From Chiloscyllium plagiosum (Eukaryota), in assembly GCF_004010195.1 (NCBI RefSeq), contig NC_057719.1, forward strand, positions 71,936,055 to 72,000,054: a DNA stretch of 64,000 nucleotides. The letters are read 5' to 3'. A program made the translations under genes and the position numbers. Shown here piece by piece: positions 38,240 to 51,194 of this stretch. The first letter of the stretch is position 1; each line of letters starts with the position of its first letter. Under the pieces are notes generated by a model. That model did no database searches. It saw only the letters and a program-made list of their open reading frames with translations, and was not told the origin of the DNA.

Positions 38240-39090
38240 AATAATACTCAATGATGGGAATATAAAATAAAGAAGTAGGGAAATCTTGCTTCTGACTGTG
38301 CAGGGCATTAGTGAGAGCACAATATCATCTATGATTTTGGTGTCCTTATTTAAGACAAGATAAGCTTGCATTCGGTAGTATTTCAGAAATGGTTCATGAG
38401 GTTGATTCCTGAGATGCAGAGGATGTCTTATAAGAAACAATTGTGCCTGTTGGGTCGACAGGAGAATCAATGGTAATGTTAGTGAAACTTATAAGACTTT
38501 GAGTGATTTAATAGGGTAGGTACTGAGGAGAGGTTTTCTCTTGTGGGTAATTCTCGAACTAGGGGGCACAGTTTCAAAATAGGAGAAAGTGAGGACAGCA
38601 GATGCTGGAGATCAGAGTCGAAAAGTGTGGTGCTGGAAAAACAGAGCCGGTCAGGCAGCATCCGAGGAGCAGGAGAGTCGACATTTCGAGTATGAGCTCT
38701 TCATCAGGAGGAGCTCATCTCTTCATCCTGATGAACAGCTCATTCTCGAAATGTCGGCTCTCCTGCTTCTCAGATGCTGCCTGACCAGCCCTGTTTTTCC
38801 AGCACCACACTTTTCGACAGTTTCAAAATAGTCAATTTTCCATTTAAAATACTGGTGAGGAAGAATTTATGTGAATTTTTGGTATTCTGAACATGAAAGA
38901 TCTGAAAAATCTGCACCATTGAATATATTCAGGATGAGAAAGTTCTTGTGAACAGAAAGTGAATCAAAGGTTACAGATAGCATTCAGGTCATTGAATAAA
39001 AGACTAAGTTCAGATCAGATGAGAGCTCATTAAAGAGCAGAGTCGGTTCTAGGAGCTGCAGAGCCTACTGTTTCTCCTATGTCTTCTGTT
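38240..39090 (+). mobile_element. Old CR1 3' fragment, interrupted by a fold-back mini-element
   Basis: gaaacttataagact...gaactagggggcacagtttcaaaatag continues after the insert. Confidence 0.65.
38583..38816 (-). mobile_element. Fold-back Penelope pLTR-type mini-element with two opposed hammerhead motifs and perfect 15-bp TSD
   Basis: ACAGTTTCAAAATAG at 38568-38582 and 38817-38831; arms about 38617-38709 and 38726-38818; cores at 38680-38707 (minus) and 38728-38755 (plus). Confidence 0.88.
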
Positions 39091-39549
39091 TTTAGATAAA
39101 GACAGTCAGCATGTATGGACTCCCATTGAGTGTCATCTACTCCTCCTCCTTCCTCATCAAACTGTTTGTTCTGCTCTGCATGACCTCTTTCTTTTCTACC
39201 AATCACATCCAATTCTTAGAGGAAGCATTACCAAGTCACCAGAGTATGGAAGCAACCTGTTTCAACACAAGTTTTTAAATCAACACCTCAATCCCAGTTT
39301 TGTATGTGTCAGAAAGTCAGTTAGTGCCTAAAAGTTGGGAAGAAAAATTGGCACTGCAGCCCAGTTTTTCTCTCGCTGTTTTTATTTTATTTTCAACTTC
39401 ACATTAATAGTTGCTGAACAAATCCATCAACAATGACAGTTCCTGTGCATTCTTCTGTGAAGGAGGACTCATTAGTAAGTTACAACTATTAAAGATTGGG
39501 GGAATGAGCTCATGCAGACCCAAAGAAACAAATAATTTCAGAAGGATGC

Positions 39550-39770
39550 TCCAGTTTCCTCTCATAGTCCAAAAGATGTGCAGGTGAGGTGGATTGGCAA
39601 TGCTAAATTGTTGATAGTGAGCATGAATGTACAGGCTATATAGGTTAACCACGGGAAATGCATGGTCACAAGGATAGGGTGGGGGTGGATGCTCTTCAGA
39701 GGGTTGGTGTGCACTCAATGGGCTGAATGGCCTGCTTTCATACTGGAGGAATGCTATAATTCTATGATTT
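39550..39770 (+). mobile_element. HE1-type SINE fragment
   Basis: gctccagtttcctc...agtccaaaagatgtgcaggt core and CR1-like tail. Confidence 0.75.
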
Positions 39771-40067
39771 TAACTACATATTTCCTTCTGGTACATTGTC
39801 TGGTCCCAGTTATTTTAGCTGATTTGGACTTCTCCTGATAAATGATGACCAGATCAGTGGCACCATTATACCAACCAAGGCATTGTCTACAAAGAATCTC
39901 CAGAGACACTTTGTGAAGGCATGATTTTCATAAATTTTCCAATATTTTTATATTGGCTTGTTCTCAACTTATACTGGTATAGGCCAAGTCTGTTCATCTT
40001 TGATTTGATTGACTTACTTCTTCAAGGATCTCCATATGCTACTCCCTAAGTCTGGTTCTACAGCTTA

Positions 40068-40198
40068 GGTAAAAACAATGACTGCAGATTCTGGAAACCA
40101 GATTCTGGATTAGTGGTGCTGGAAGAGCACAGCAGTTCAGGCAGCATCTGAGGAGCAGTAAAATTGACGTTTCGGGCAAAAGCCCTTCATCAGGAATA
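40068..40198 (-). mobile_element. Penelope pLTR-derived mini-element
   Basis: Same family as 8613-8708 and 38583-38816; starts about 5 nt upstream of the hammerhead core. Confidence 0.8.
40166..40193 (-). ncRNA. Minimal hammerhead ribozyme motif
   Basis: CUGAUGA-a-GGGC-UUUU-GCCC-GAAA-C-GUC, perfect core and stem II. Confidence 0.72.
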
Positions 40199-40948
40199 CC
40201 TAGTCATGTCAATCATCAGACTGCACTGTCCACCCAATGAATGCCATAGTGGTTTTAACTGCCAATGACAGTCCGCACCACACAGAAACCCATGTCCTCC
40301 ACTACACTATCATCTCTTACTCTTATATGTTATGATGCCCACCTTCACAAATAATGTCCTCTCTGCAGCCAAGCAAGCCTCCTCCAATCTCCACAACTGA
40401 CTCGCCCAGCATCCCTACTGCAGCACACTGTGTGTTCTTGTCTCCCTACCTCTGGACCAGGAGGCCTTGTTTTAAGTCCCACCTGCTGCAGAAGTGTGCA
40501 GTAACATCTCTGAACAGGTTGATGAGAAGATATCTCTCCACTGGAACAGTGGTCTCTTATAACTTCCTTGACTCTGAGTGAGCAAATCCCTAGAACTAAC
40601 TGTGGGCCATCCTATAGACCAACTTGGAAGGACTATCCTGACTGATGACTAATACCATGGTCTGGACCTGCAGGACTGACCATTGGCCACTCCCTGGACT
40701 GTAAGGATATGTAAATCCTGACTTTGAACACCACAAGCAATTGAGTAGTCATGTACAAGCCTTCAGACTTAGGTTCAGAATGATTACTTCACCAGGGATG
40801 TACATGTGCACTGAGAGTAGACTCTACCCCTGACTAGATGTTTTGACACACTCTGACTAATAAGTGTCCTCCTTGACTTGATCCCCTTAGACTTTGAGAC
40901 ATAGCCATATGGTTGAAGTGCATTCACTAAGTTTGTCACATGAAGTTA

Positions 40949-41569
40949 ACACCTTTGACTACAAGTCCATCAGGAAGTGGTCAGCATGTAGTGTCCTTGA
41001 GACCCTTTGGGAAAAGGAGAGGGTGGATCCTGTCGAGCGGTTCCTTGAGCAGACTGTCAAAGTCATTTGGCAGAATGCCAGGTTCGTCCCGAGCAGCTCC
41101 ATGACACGGGACTCCGTGCTCTACGGTCTGTTCCCCGGGACGCACACTGAGATGAACATCAACTGTGCCTGGAGGATCATCAACTCAGTGAAGGACGCTC
41201 TCTGGGCAGTCCGAAACCTGTTGATCTTCCAGCTGAAGGAGCTGACCCCGACTGAATGTTGCAGACTGGCACATTCCAAGGTCCAAGACTACGTGTTGAG
41301 GGATGCACTGAAGCTTGGGGCAAGGCGCGGTGGGGAAAGACCACCGTGTAATGTCTGCCTGCCAAAGAACAGGGGGCCCACACAGTAAGTGTGCTCCACA
41401 GACACCTCAGCTAAATATATGGATAGTAAATGTACAGACCTGTATATATTAATTATTACTCGATCTCTGTATGCAAAGATGTTGATGTATGTATGGCATG
41501 ACCAATTGTACAGAACAGATCATCAAAATATTTTTTATGAATAAAGTATATTTTTGAAGTAAAAAAAAA
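40949..41569 (+). mobile_element. Tx1-clade (L1-Tx1) LINE 3' end with poly(A)
   Basis: SVLYGLFPGTH..CAWRIINSVKDALWAVRNLLIF..CCRLAHSKVQDYVLRD; AATAAA at 41540-41545; A9 tail at 41561-41569; possible TSD AAGTTA (40943-40948 and 41568-41573). Confidence 0.8.
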
Positions 41570-41654
41570 GTTATGGTATAGGTGTGACAATGACATAGCA
41601 CTGTGCAGTCAGCAACATTTCCACCCTATTAAATGATCACTGGTGGTAACCATG

Positions 41655-42484
41655 ACTGGGTCAATGGGCAGAGGAGTGCCAGATGAAGTTTAATTTGGAT
41701 AAATGCAAGTATTGCATTTTGGTAAAATGAACAAGGGCAGGACTTATGTAGTTAATGGTAGGGGCCTGGGTAATATTGTAGAACAGAGGGACCCAGTGAT
41801 TTAGGTACATATTCTTTGAAATTTGCATCACATGTGAACAGGATGATTAAGAAGGTGTTTAGCACGTTTGCCTTTATTATTCAGACCATTGAGTATATGA
41901 GTTGGGACATCATGTTGAGGTTGTACACAATATTTGTGAGGCCTCTTCTGGAGTACTGTGTGCAGGTCTGGTCACACTGTTATAGGAAGGGTATTTTTAA
42001 ACTGGAGAGGGTGTAGAAAAGATTTACCAGAATGTTGCCAGGAATAGAGGGTTTGAGTTATAAGGAGAGACTGGATAGCCTGGGACATATTCATTGGGCT
42101 GTAGGAGATTGAGTGGTAATCTTATCGTGGTTTATAAGACCATGAGGGCAGAGATTGGTTGAATAGCAAGGGTATTTTCCTGCGGGTGGGAGAGTTGAAA
42201 ACTAGGGGGGCACATTTTTAAGGTGAGAGAAGAAAGATTTAAGAAGGACCTGAGAGGCAACGTTTTAACACAGAGAGTGGTTCATATATAGAATGAACTG
42301 CCAGAGGAACTGGTGGATGCAGGAATAGTTACAACATTTGAAAGTCATTTGGACAAGTACCCAAATAGGAAAGCTTTGGAGGGATATGGGCCAAATGCAG
42401 GGAAGTGGGTCTAGTTTGGTTTGGGAACATGGTTGGCGTAGACTAGTTGGACCGAAGAATCTATTTCCATGCTGTATGACTCTG
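41655..42484 (+). mobile_element. CR1 LINE 3' fragment
   Basis: LYTIFVRPLLEYCVQVWS; collinear with 16480-17299. Confidence 0.9.
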
Positions 42485-43309
42485 CAACAGGTTGTCTGGC
42501 TTTGTGTCTGCGCCAACAGCAAGGCAAGTCAGACATTCTGTGAGTCTTTAAGTTATGAATGATGCAGCAAAGTGAAAAAAGGCAAGGCAAACCAAAAGTG
42601 ATGTGAGAAACTGAATAGGCACTCAGTAAGTGAGCACTAAGCAAGTAAGCAAAGAGCCCTAAGTTGTAGCCTCCTCTAATTTGCTAGTTATCTATATCCC
42701 TGTGTGCACAGTGGCAGCAACATTGTAATATAAGGTGTCCGTGTGCTTCAAAGTGCAGCATTAAACTCATCAGGCATCTGCTCTGACTTTCACGTTGGGA
42801 AGTGTTGCTGTCTAATTTCTCTCTGTCTTCTGGGACAACAGTAAACTGCATTTAAATGAGGTGTGATTAGGTTTGAATGATCTGCCTACAAATGGGCCAT
42901 TTACTACTTACCTGCAAGATTCTGATTTCACTGTTAAAACTTGGGATTGAAAATCGGACATTTTTTGCATAACATCAAGAATCTCGTTTTCCGATCTCAC
43001 CGTATTTTCCAGCTAAGTTGTCATTGCCCACATGAATCAGGAGCTGGGAAAATTCAGCTCTATGTGTGACTGGAGATTTAGGTTTCTGAGGCATTAAGAC
43101 CAGTTCTGGGACAAGTGAGGTTTGTACATTAGCAGGGCTGGGACCAAAGTCCTCACAGGGAGATTTTCCCTTACTGTTGGGATGATTGAAACTACCTCAG
43201 CAGAAGTTGGGAATTTGGAAGGGAATTCAGAGGGAAGAGAACAATGGTAGGAAAAAAAGTAATACACAAAATTGGAAGGTGACAGAAACAAAAGACAATA
43301 TCAAATTGG

Positions 43310-43785
43310 GTCAAAATACAGAGAAATAATAAAAAAGGTGGAATTAAAGGCATGCTATCTAATGCACACAGCATTCACAAAACAAATTGATGTAACAAAT
43401 TATAATAAACAGGTGTGATCCAATTATCATTATGGAAAATATGATTACCTGGAAGGTAATCTTGGTTGGAAACTGAATATTCAAGTATATGTGGCATTTG
43501 GGAAGGCTAGACAAAAGGTGGGGAAGCACACTTAAAGAAGGATGAGATCAGTACATTAGTGGAGAGTGTCTTAGGTCAGAAGAGCGATATATGGTAATAG
43601 TTTGAATTAAAGAAGCTTAGAACCCCCCAGCAAAGGACAGCAAACATTGGTTGGAGTTATTCATAGGCCATTGAACAATAATACAGCATGGTAGAAATCA
43701 GGAAATTATAAGTGAATGTAGAAATAGTGATACAGTAATCATGGGTTACGTCAACAGGCTGTCTAAGTAAACCTAATTGGCATGT
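43310..43785 (+). mobile_element. Old CR1 endonuclease-region fragment
   Basis: tatctaatgcacacagcattcacaaaac...gaactgaatattcaag...gtaatcatggg pattern, similar to about 17930-18200. Confidence 0.5.
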
Positions 43786-44789
43786 GGGGTGATGTTCCAT
43801 GTTCTACTTCATTCCCAATGTCTTATGGCACACTCCATGGGCTGTGACAGCCTCCACTCATCACCTATAGAAATCAGCATTAGCAAAACACCACCTCAAC
43901 ACATCACCATGGCTGATCTTAAACTAACCCATAACACATTTTAGCACTTCACTACTTCACATTAAAGTTCACTGATACCTTACATTGCAATTCTCTTTCC
44001 AAGTTGCCCTGCACACAATAACACATATCTATCTCATAGGACACACTTCAGGCTCTTAACTGGCTTTCTTTAACACTCACTGACTTTGCACTTGGACAGT
44101 CATAGCATCTCTGCCTTGCATTGCTTCTTAATGCAGACATAAAGCCAGGTAGCTTGTCTTTGTTGCCAATAAAGAAGGTGGAAATATTGCTATATGGCAC
44201 TGTGCCACCTCACACCTGTGTCAGCAGCCTATACAATAATTACATGTGTTTCAACCAAATAACCATATCTGGAAGTCTTATGGGATTAGTCCTTAGTCAA
44301 GTGAAGGGGGAGTATGGTCTGTCAGAGGTGTACTATACATTCAGTCAAGCGTAGTGTCTGATGTCAGTTCAGGGGTTGGCCACAGTCAGTCAGGGTCAAG
44401 AGAGTTTCAGGGAGCAGTTCTGATTGTAATGCAGAAAATGGAAAACTCAAATATGTGGACTGCAACCACTTCAGAGGAGAAAATGACGATGGGGAGCGCG
44501 GTGACTTCAAATATAAGACTGATATCAGATATCCCATGGAAGAGCACATAGCATTGCAGGAGATGGAGGATTTCACAAGTCACCACTGGTCCAGCAAAAG
44601 GAAGAATTGAGTGAAATGGAAGTGACTGGAAGAGCTGTCAGTGGTGGTGCAGGAAAGGTAGTGAAGTGTCACTGAGTTTAATTTTTTTTCTTATTGCAGA
44701 GAGTTATTGTCTGACACCTGTAGTGTGAATATCCTTCTTTAACAGCATTGTACCAGAGCCAAAGTGTCATTGAAGGTGTATGTTTACCA

Positions 44790-45125
44790 AATAGACTGCA
44801 GTGGTTCAAGAAGGCAGCTGATCACGCCATCTCAAGGGCAATAAATGCAGGCCCAGTCTATGATAGCCACATCCACTGAATGAAGAAACAGAAATGACTT
44901 GCCATTTATCTTCCTGAGCTTGAATGTTACCCAGGTCCTGTTGCATTTGAACATGGACTGCTTCAATAACGAAGGCACTGTGACTGGTGTGGAACATTGT
45001 GCAATTGTCAGTGAATATTCCCATTTCTGACCTTACGATAGAAGGAAAGTTATTTATGAAAGAGCTGATGATGGTTTGGTTTGGACACTAACACCAGAAA
45101 CTCCCGCAGCATTATCCTGAGACTG
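44790..45125. mobile_element. Two convergent fragments of the 27262-30297 LINE family (3' tail on plus, RT piece on minus)
   Basis: 44790-44885 resembles 30180-30295; 44895-45125 is the reverse complement of about 29325-29550 (EAVHVQMQQDLGNIQA). Confidence 0.75.
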
Positions 45126-46201
45126 TGATCATTGCTATTGATGTAGTTTTAGACACCTCTCTGTCTGCTGATTTGACGATTAATGCATAATATCCAGAGT
45201 AGGAGAGAAAAAAAATCATGAAACTGAAGGGCTTGATGAAAATTCAAATGACAAGCAGTTCCACGAATAGCAGTAAAATCAATGAAAGGGTTGCCATATC
45301 ACTTAGACCGATTGTCTGACCTTTGCTCAGAGATGAAAGGTGGGAGTGTAGTGATGTTGGAGTAATCAGTCCTATTTCATTCACTGTGAGCCTCTGCTGC
45401 TGCCAGCTCATTATTCTGTCCCATCTGTGAATCAGGTCTTTGTGGACCAGAGAGTGAACCAGCAGGACGCCTGCCAATTTAACACATTCCTAAAGTGTAG
45501 AGACTTAATAAGAGTCCCAAATGTCTGTATGATTACTGTCATATGCAGTTTATTCTAAGAATATCAGTGTAATGTCTTCCAGATTTCACGCACATTTATT
45601 CATTTTTCATAAAAAAAAAGGTTGTTAGCAGATTTTACAGACTTGCTCTTGATTTTATCTGTCACCTGGTCATTACGAAAGCAATTTAATTTTTAAAATA
45701 TTTGCAAGTCTATTTGTTTTACCTTTTGTGTCTCACTCAACTATCCCTAGGATTTCATGAAGGACGTTCAACTACTTGTTTGAGTCGAGAAACAGAAAAT
45801 GGGTGGTAGCTGAGAGAAGTGGAGGTGGAGCCAAAGTGGTCAGAGTGGGATTTATCCCAGATTCCGGTCACTAATATGGTCTCCATAAACATTTCATCAA
45901 TTAGCAAGAGCAAAATCAGGTGTTACTACAGTCGTTTTTGTGACTACTAAACAGTAGCTTAAAGAGGAAAGATTTTTTATGTTGACAGAAGAGAGAAGTG
46001 ACACATCAGAGCTCTGGGACAATAATTGTAAGCAATGTGCTCTCAAAGGGTGACAAAACTGGGAGAGCAGTGAACCATAAAACTGAAGTTGTCTTCTTTA
46101 GATGGGATAGATTCAATATTACAACACATTGATGAACTGGCATGTAAGCGATTAAACAGCATATTATTGCTGTCTGTAATTTTATCATGATCTGTTCGTA
46201 G

Positions 46202-46829
46202 TGTTATGGACAAGGCCAGACCACTCAATACATTCTTAAGCAGGCAGCCCAGATCATAACTTTGCTATTTGTTTTGGTAAGTGTATAGTAAAAATTACCC
46301 AGAGTAAGTTAGCTCGGTTTTAAAACAGACAAAAATTTATTCACAAATTACAGAATGAAACACAAAGAACAGAATAGAATACCCACAGAACCCAAACTAT
46401 CAAAATAGACTTAATTATGCTGTTCCAAATATACACAAAAGTCCCAGGTAACAAACCCCTTAAACACAGAGCAAAACAAAATGAAACAAAGATTTACAGG
46501 TCGAAGTTAGAAGGGCAGAAGGAGAAAGAGTCTAGCAGCCTGTTTTCACACAGCTCCACTACTGAGTTCCTAACTTAACTTCTGAACTGAACTGCTCAGC
46601 TAGAGAGCTGGCCATGCCCCCTTGAGTTATCCAGGCTACTTCTAAAAACATAAAAGCTTTGACCTAAAGTCTCATCTGTTTATATATAAACAAGAAGGCC
46701 TTTCATCTCTGTACCAGACCCAGCTGTTGAGGAGCCTGAGTGGTTTATGACCCCACTGAAAAAAACCAAGAACACAGTATCCTTAAGAAAAGGAACAACT
46801 TTTAGCAAAAAAGGACCAGCCTTGTGACA
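46202..46829 (-). repeat. 3' LTR (628 bp)
   Basis: Direct repeat of 51195-51515; adjacent PPT AAGGGGAGAGG at 46830-46840 (minus). Confidence 0.93.
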
Positions 46830-47068
46830 CCTCTCCCCTTAAAAAAAGAACCATCAGTATCAAAAGATGGCTTCATTTTTAAAACCCTTCAAAAAAGAAA
46901 TGGTTAGTACTCTAAAGCACACATATGCATTATACTGACTATACATATGCAAACATGCAAATTCAGGCCATGGCACACCTGCCACCCAATGCTTCCGTAT
47001 CGAATTTGAGTCTCGGCAATCATGTTTTCGCGACCTGCCACCTGTACAATTGTCAAACTGAATGGCTG

Positions 47069-48369
47069 CTACAACAAGCTCCATCCGAACAGTTTGGCAT
47101 TTTTGTCCTTAAATTTCTCCACAAATGTCAGTGGGTTATTTTCAGTGTATATGATTGTCTCAGATGCTTTGCTGGTAATATAAATACTGAAATGCTGTAA
47201 TGCCAACACTAAGCTCAAAGTCTCTTTCTCCACTGTTGAATATTTCTTTTGATGAATGTTCAACTTCCTGGAAAAATACCCAATGGGTCTTTCTATCCCC
47301 TCATCATCCTCCTGCAGGAGCACTGCACCAACACTGACATCACTAGCATTGATAGCTACATTGAAAGGATTTGTGTAGTCCAGTGTGGCTAATACTGGGG
47401 CAGTGGTTAACACAGTTTTTAGGCTGTCAAATGCCTTTTGACAGTCCACTGTCTGTTGAAACTTCTTGCCCTTTTTTAACAAGTCGGTGAGTGGAGCAGC
47501 CACATCGCTAAAATTCGGCACAAATTTTCGGTAAAATCCACTCAGTCCCAGGAACTGTAGTACTATTATTTTCATCGACGGTGTGGGAAATTCTCCATTA
47601 CTTTTGTTTACACATCCCATGGGGCCATTTGTCCATGTCCAATAACATGGCCCAGGAAGGTGACTTGCGCTTTGGCAAATTCACTTTTAGTTAGGTTTAC
47701 CACCAACCTTCCGAAGTCGATCGAAAAAGTCTGATAAATGCTGTAAATGTTCCTTCCATGATTGACTAAAAATCACCAGGTCATCAATATACACCACACA
47801 GTTGGGTAATGCAGCAATGACCTTATTAGTTAGTCTCTGATATGTGGCTAGAGTGATTTTCATACCAGATGGCATGACTTTGAACTGATATTGTCCATTT
47901 GATGTTACAAAAACTGAAATTACCTTTGTTCCTTCTGATGAAGGTACCTGCCAGTAGCCTCTGAGCAAGTCCAACTTAGAAATGCAAGTTGTTTGTCGCA
48001 CTTTTTCGACACAGTTCTCCAACAGTGGAATTGGATATGCATCAGTCTTTGTAACGGCATTAACTTTGCGATAGTCCACACTTAGCAATTGGGTACCATC
48101 TGGCTTTGGCACCATGACTATAGGTGAGCTTCAGTCACTGTAACTCACTTTGATTATGCCATCTTGGAGCATGCGTTCTATCTCCTCTGAACCTGTGCCA
48201 ACTTTAGAGTGTTATGTCTATAAGGATGTTGTTTAATCAGAACAGCATCTCTTATATCTGCATCATGCACAATTAGGTTAATACTTCCCAGTTTAATTCC
48301 GCATATCTCCCCATCTGATAGTAATAACTCTTTCAAATCATTTTGATTTTCTTGTGAAAGGTGACTCAA
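47069..48369 (-). pseudogene. Reverse transcriptase and RNase H, disrupted
   Basis: VPKPDG..VDYRKVN, KLDLLRGYWQV, VYIDD, FLGLSGFYRKFV, NASDVSVGAVL, YSTVEKETL. Confidence 0.93.
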
Positions 48370-48397
48370 TAATTTATCCCAAATGTTGACAACTTCC

Positions 48398-49776
48398 TCA
48401 TTTGATTTGAGGAATGTCCAATTCAGAATCCACTGAACTTGGTTCTTCCTTCTGTGCTCTCATCATGAACACCTTCCCCTTTTGGTTTCCTTCTCTATCA
48501 AAATACTTTTTGAGCATATTCACATGATACACTCTGTGAGATTTCTTCCCATCTGGAGTCCTTATCAAACAGTTCACTTCACTCAATTTCCTCTTGATTT
48601 GATAAGGTCCACTAAACCTAGCTTTTAAAGGCTCACCTGTTACTGGAAATAACATCTTATCCCCAATGGAAAAATTGTGAATTTTTTGATTTCTTATCCA
48701 TTTCTTGTTTCCTTGTATGCAGTGATACTTTTAAATGCCGTCTCGCCAACTCTATTTAGTCATTCTCTAAAATTAGAAAAATAATCTAAATGTGTAGTCT
48801 CTGAATTCTGACTTACTAATTTTTCCTTAATCAACTTTAATGGTCCTCTTACTTGATGCCCAAACATGAACTCAAATGGACTGAATTTGGTCGATTAATT
48901 TGGTGCATCTCTGATTGCAAGAAGTATAAATGGAATTTCCTTATCCAATCGGATAGTCCCGACTATAAGCCCTCAACATGGTCTTTAATGTTTGATGCTA
49001 TCTCTCTAGCACTCCCTGCAATTCTGGATGGTATGCAATAGATTTGAATTGCTTTATTCTCAAGTTATCCATAACCTCCTTGAATAGCTTGGATGTAAAG
49101 TTTGATTCTTGATCTGACTGGATCTCTATTGGTAGTCCGTATCTCATAAAATATTGAGTAATTCTTCTGCAACCCTTTTTGCTGTAATATTGCGTAGTGA
49201 GACTGCCTTGGGAAATCCAGTTGATACATCTATTATTGTTAATAAATACTTATTCCCACTTTTTGTTTGAGGAAGGAGACCTACGCAATCAATCATGACT
49301 CTTGAGAAAGGTTCCTCAAATACTGCAGGTTTTATTACTGCCTGTAGTTTTCCAATTAGCTGACTTGTATGACACGTCTGGCAAAATTCAACTATATCCT
49401 TGTGTAGTCTAGGCCAGTAAAAACGTCTTTGTATTTTAGCCTGTGTTTTCCTCACCCCTAAATTACCTCCAAGTGGTAGCTCATGCACCTCTCGCAGCAC
49501 CTCCTCTCTATACCCTACTGGCAAAACAATCTGATGAACTTCTGCCCCTTTCTCATCTGCTTGAATGTATGATGGTTGCCATTTCCTCATTAAGACATCA
49601 TTTGTTACATAATAACACACAGGGATGCATTCATTCTCTTTCTCTGTATATGCCTTTTGATACAACTGTTTTAAATTTTCATCTTTCTGCTGTAACTCAA
49701 TAAGCAGAGCAGGGCTAAAGATACTTGCATGTTTACCTATTTGGTCCTGTTCTCTCCCACTAATCTGATCAAACAA
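48398..49776 (-). pseudogene. Integrase (HHCC-like, core, GPY/F module), disrupted
   Basis: VHELPLGGNLG..FYWP..CQTC, IDCVG..GNKYLLTIID, ARFSGPYQI..YHVNMLK. Confidence 0.92.
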
Positions 49777-49970
49777 ATCTCTGATGAAGCTACATCAGCT
49801 TACTTTTCTGTGCCTTTTGATCCCTCCTGCTTCAGTTTGTGCTTCTGTGATCTTGTTACTACACAATCCGGGGAAGTTCCCAATTAAGATCCTGCTGTGC
49901 TTCAGTTGCTTGAGTCTCCACTGGCTTTTCAACTAGAGTAGGCAGCACGCCTCCCGGTGAATCAGCTGTA

Positions 49971-51095
49971 TCATTTGCAAGGACAAATTGTATTCCTGAA
50001 GCTGAGAGTTTGTCCTACCACAAACTTTCCACTTTTCTCTGGACTCTCTAGCCTCACTTTACATAATTGAGCATTTTTTGTCTCACCATAGATTTCTGTT
50101 ATAAGTACCTTTTCTGGGAATAGTCCTTCAGGAGTACGTATCTCCTCATCCTTCAGCATCACTGAGCGGATCCTGTATTCCTTAAGAATGTAACCTCCTT
50201 GCCTATTACTCCTGGTCTATGTGAATAAACTTTACCCTTGCATGTATATTTTTTAAGCAGACCTGACACTTCCTCCATAACCAACCTCCGATTCAGCTTT
50301 CTAGCTTCCATTGGGCTTTCTGTTACCATGCCAGCAAAACTTCCAGGCTTGTCCTGTTTTCCTACATCTGGCTTTCTTCTAGCCCATCAAGACTGTGACT
50401 CCATGTGGTCCACTTTATTACAATGAAAACACTGGAGCTTTTTAACTTCTTTGTCCCCTTCAAGGGTTTCTTTTTTACCCTGCGGTAAGTTCTTCTTATG
50501 ATCTTCACTGAGATCTACCTTTCCCTTTCCAGATGAGGATCTTTCTTTGCCCCAATTTCTAACCCTCATGGACTGAAATTGATTCTGGAAGCCAAACCAT
50601 GTTTTATGGACCAGCTCATCATCATCAGCCACTTCAGCTACTAACCTTACTGTTCCAAATCTTACTTCCTCGCTAAGGTTACCTTCAGCCTTTATCTCCA
50701 GCCCTTTAAGCTGACTTCCCTTTTCAAATTTCTGAAGTTCAAACGCTCTCTCTTTTTCTCTCTCTTCTGCTGCTCTCCCTTTTTCCCTCTCTTCTGCTTT
50801 TAATCATAATTCAAACTGTTTCAATTCTGCTGCCCTTTCCTTATCTCTTGCCTCTAACCCATGTTGTTTCATTTGCAATTAAATTCTTGCCATCTCTATA
50901 GATCCTGATAGTGTTTCCAGCAAGTTTAAATGCTGAGCTACTATTGTAATTATCTCTCCTTTCCTCACAGAAGGAGGCAGCTAAAACCCCAGCTTGTCCC
51001 CCTAATTCCAGCAGCCTGGCCTTATTCACCTTTTGTAAGAATACTGAGTTCACCTTGTCCACTTCCACAATAATCTTGGCAACTGAAAAAGCCAT
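49971..51095 (-). pseudogene. gag (internal deletion), zinc knuckle and protease region, disrupted
   Basis: ATG at 51095; CFHCNKVDH knuckle; ILKEYRI/DTG-like protease remnant at about 50165-50195. Confidence 0.8.
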
Positions 51096-51172
51096 TGCTA
51101 TCCCAAGGTTGTCTACCCAATCAAACCAACAGCCGAAATAAAGACACTAGCACCTACCACTCACTGTTTAAA

Positions 51173-51191
51173 ATCCCACAAAGAGCCCCCA
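51173..51191 (-). promoter_or_regulatory. Primer-binding site, tRNA-Pro-like
   Basis: TGGGGGCTCTTTGTGGGAT, 3 nt after the 5' LTR. Confidence 0.75.
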
Positions 51192-51194
51192 GTC

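Noticed and set aside
43790..44760. Possible Harbinger-like transposase relic
   Set aside because: Only faint impressions; no motif I can support
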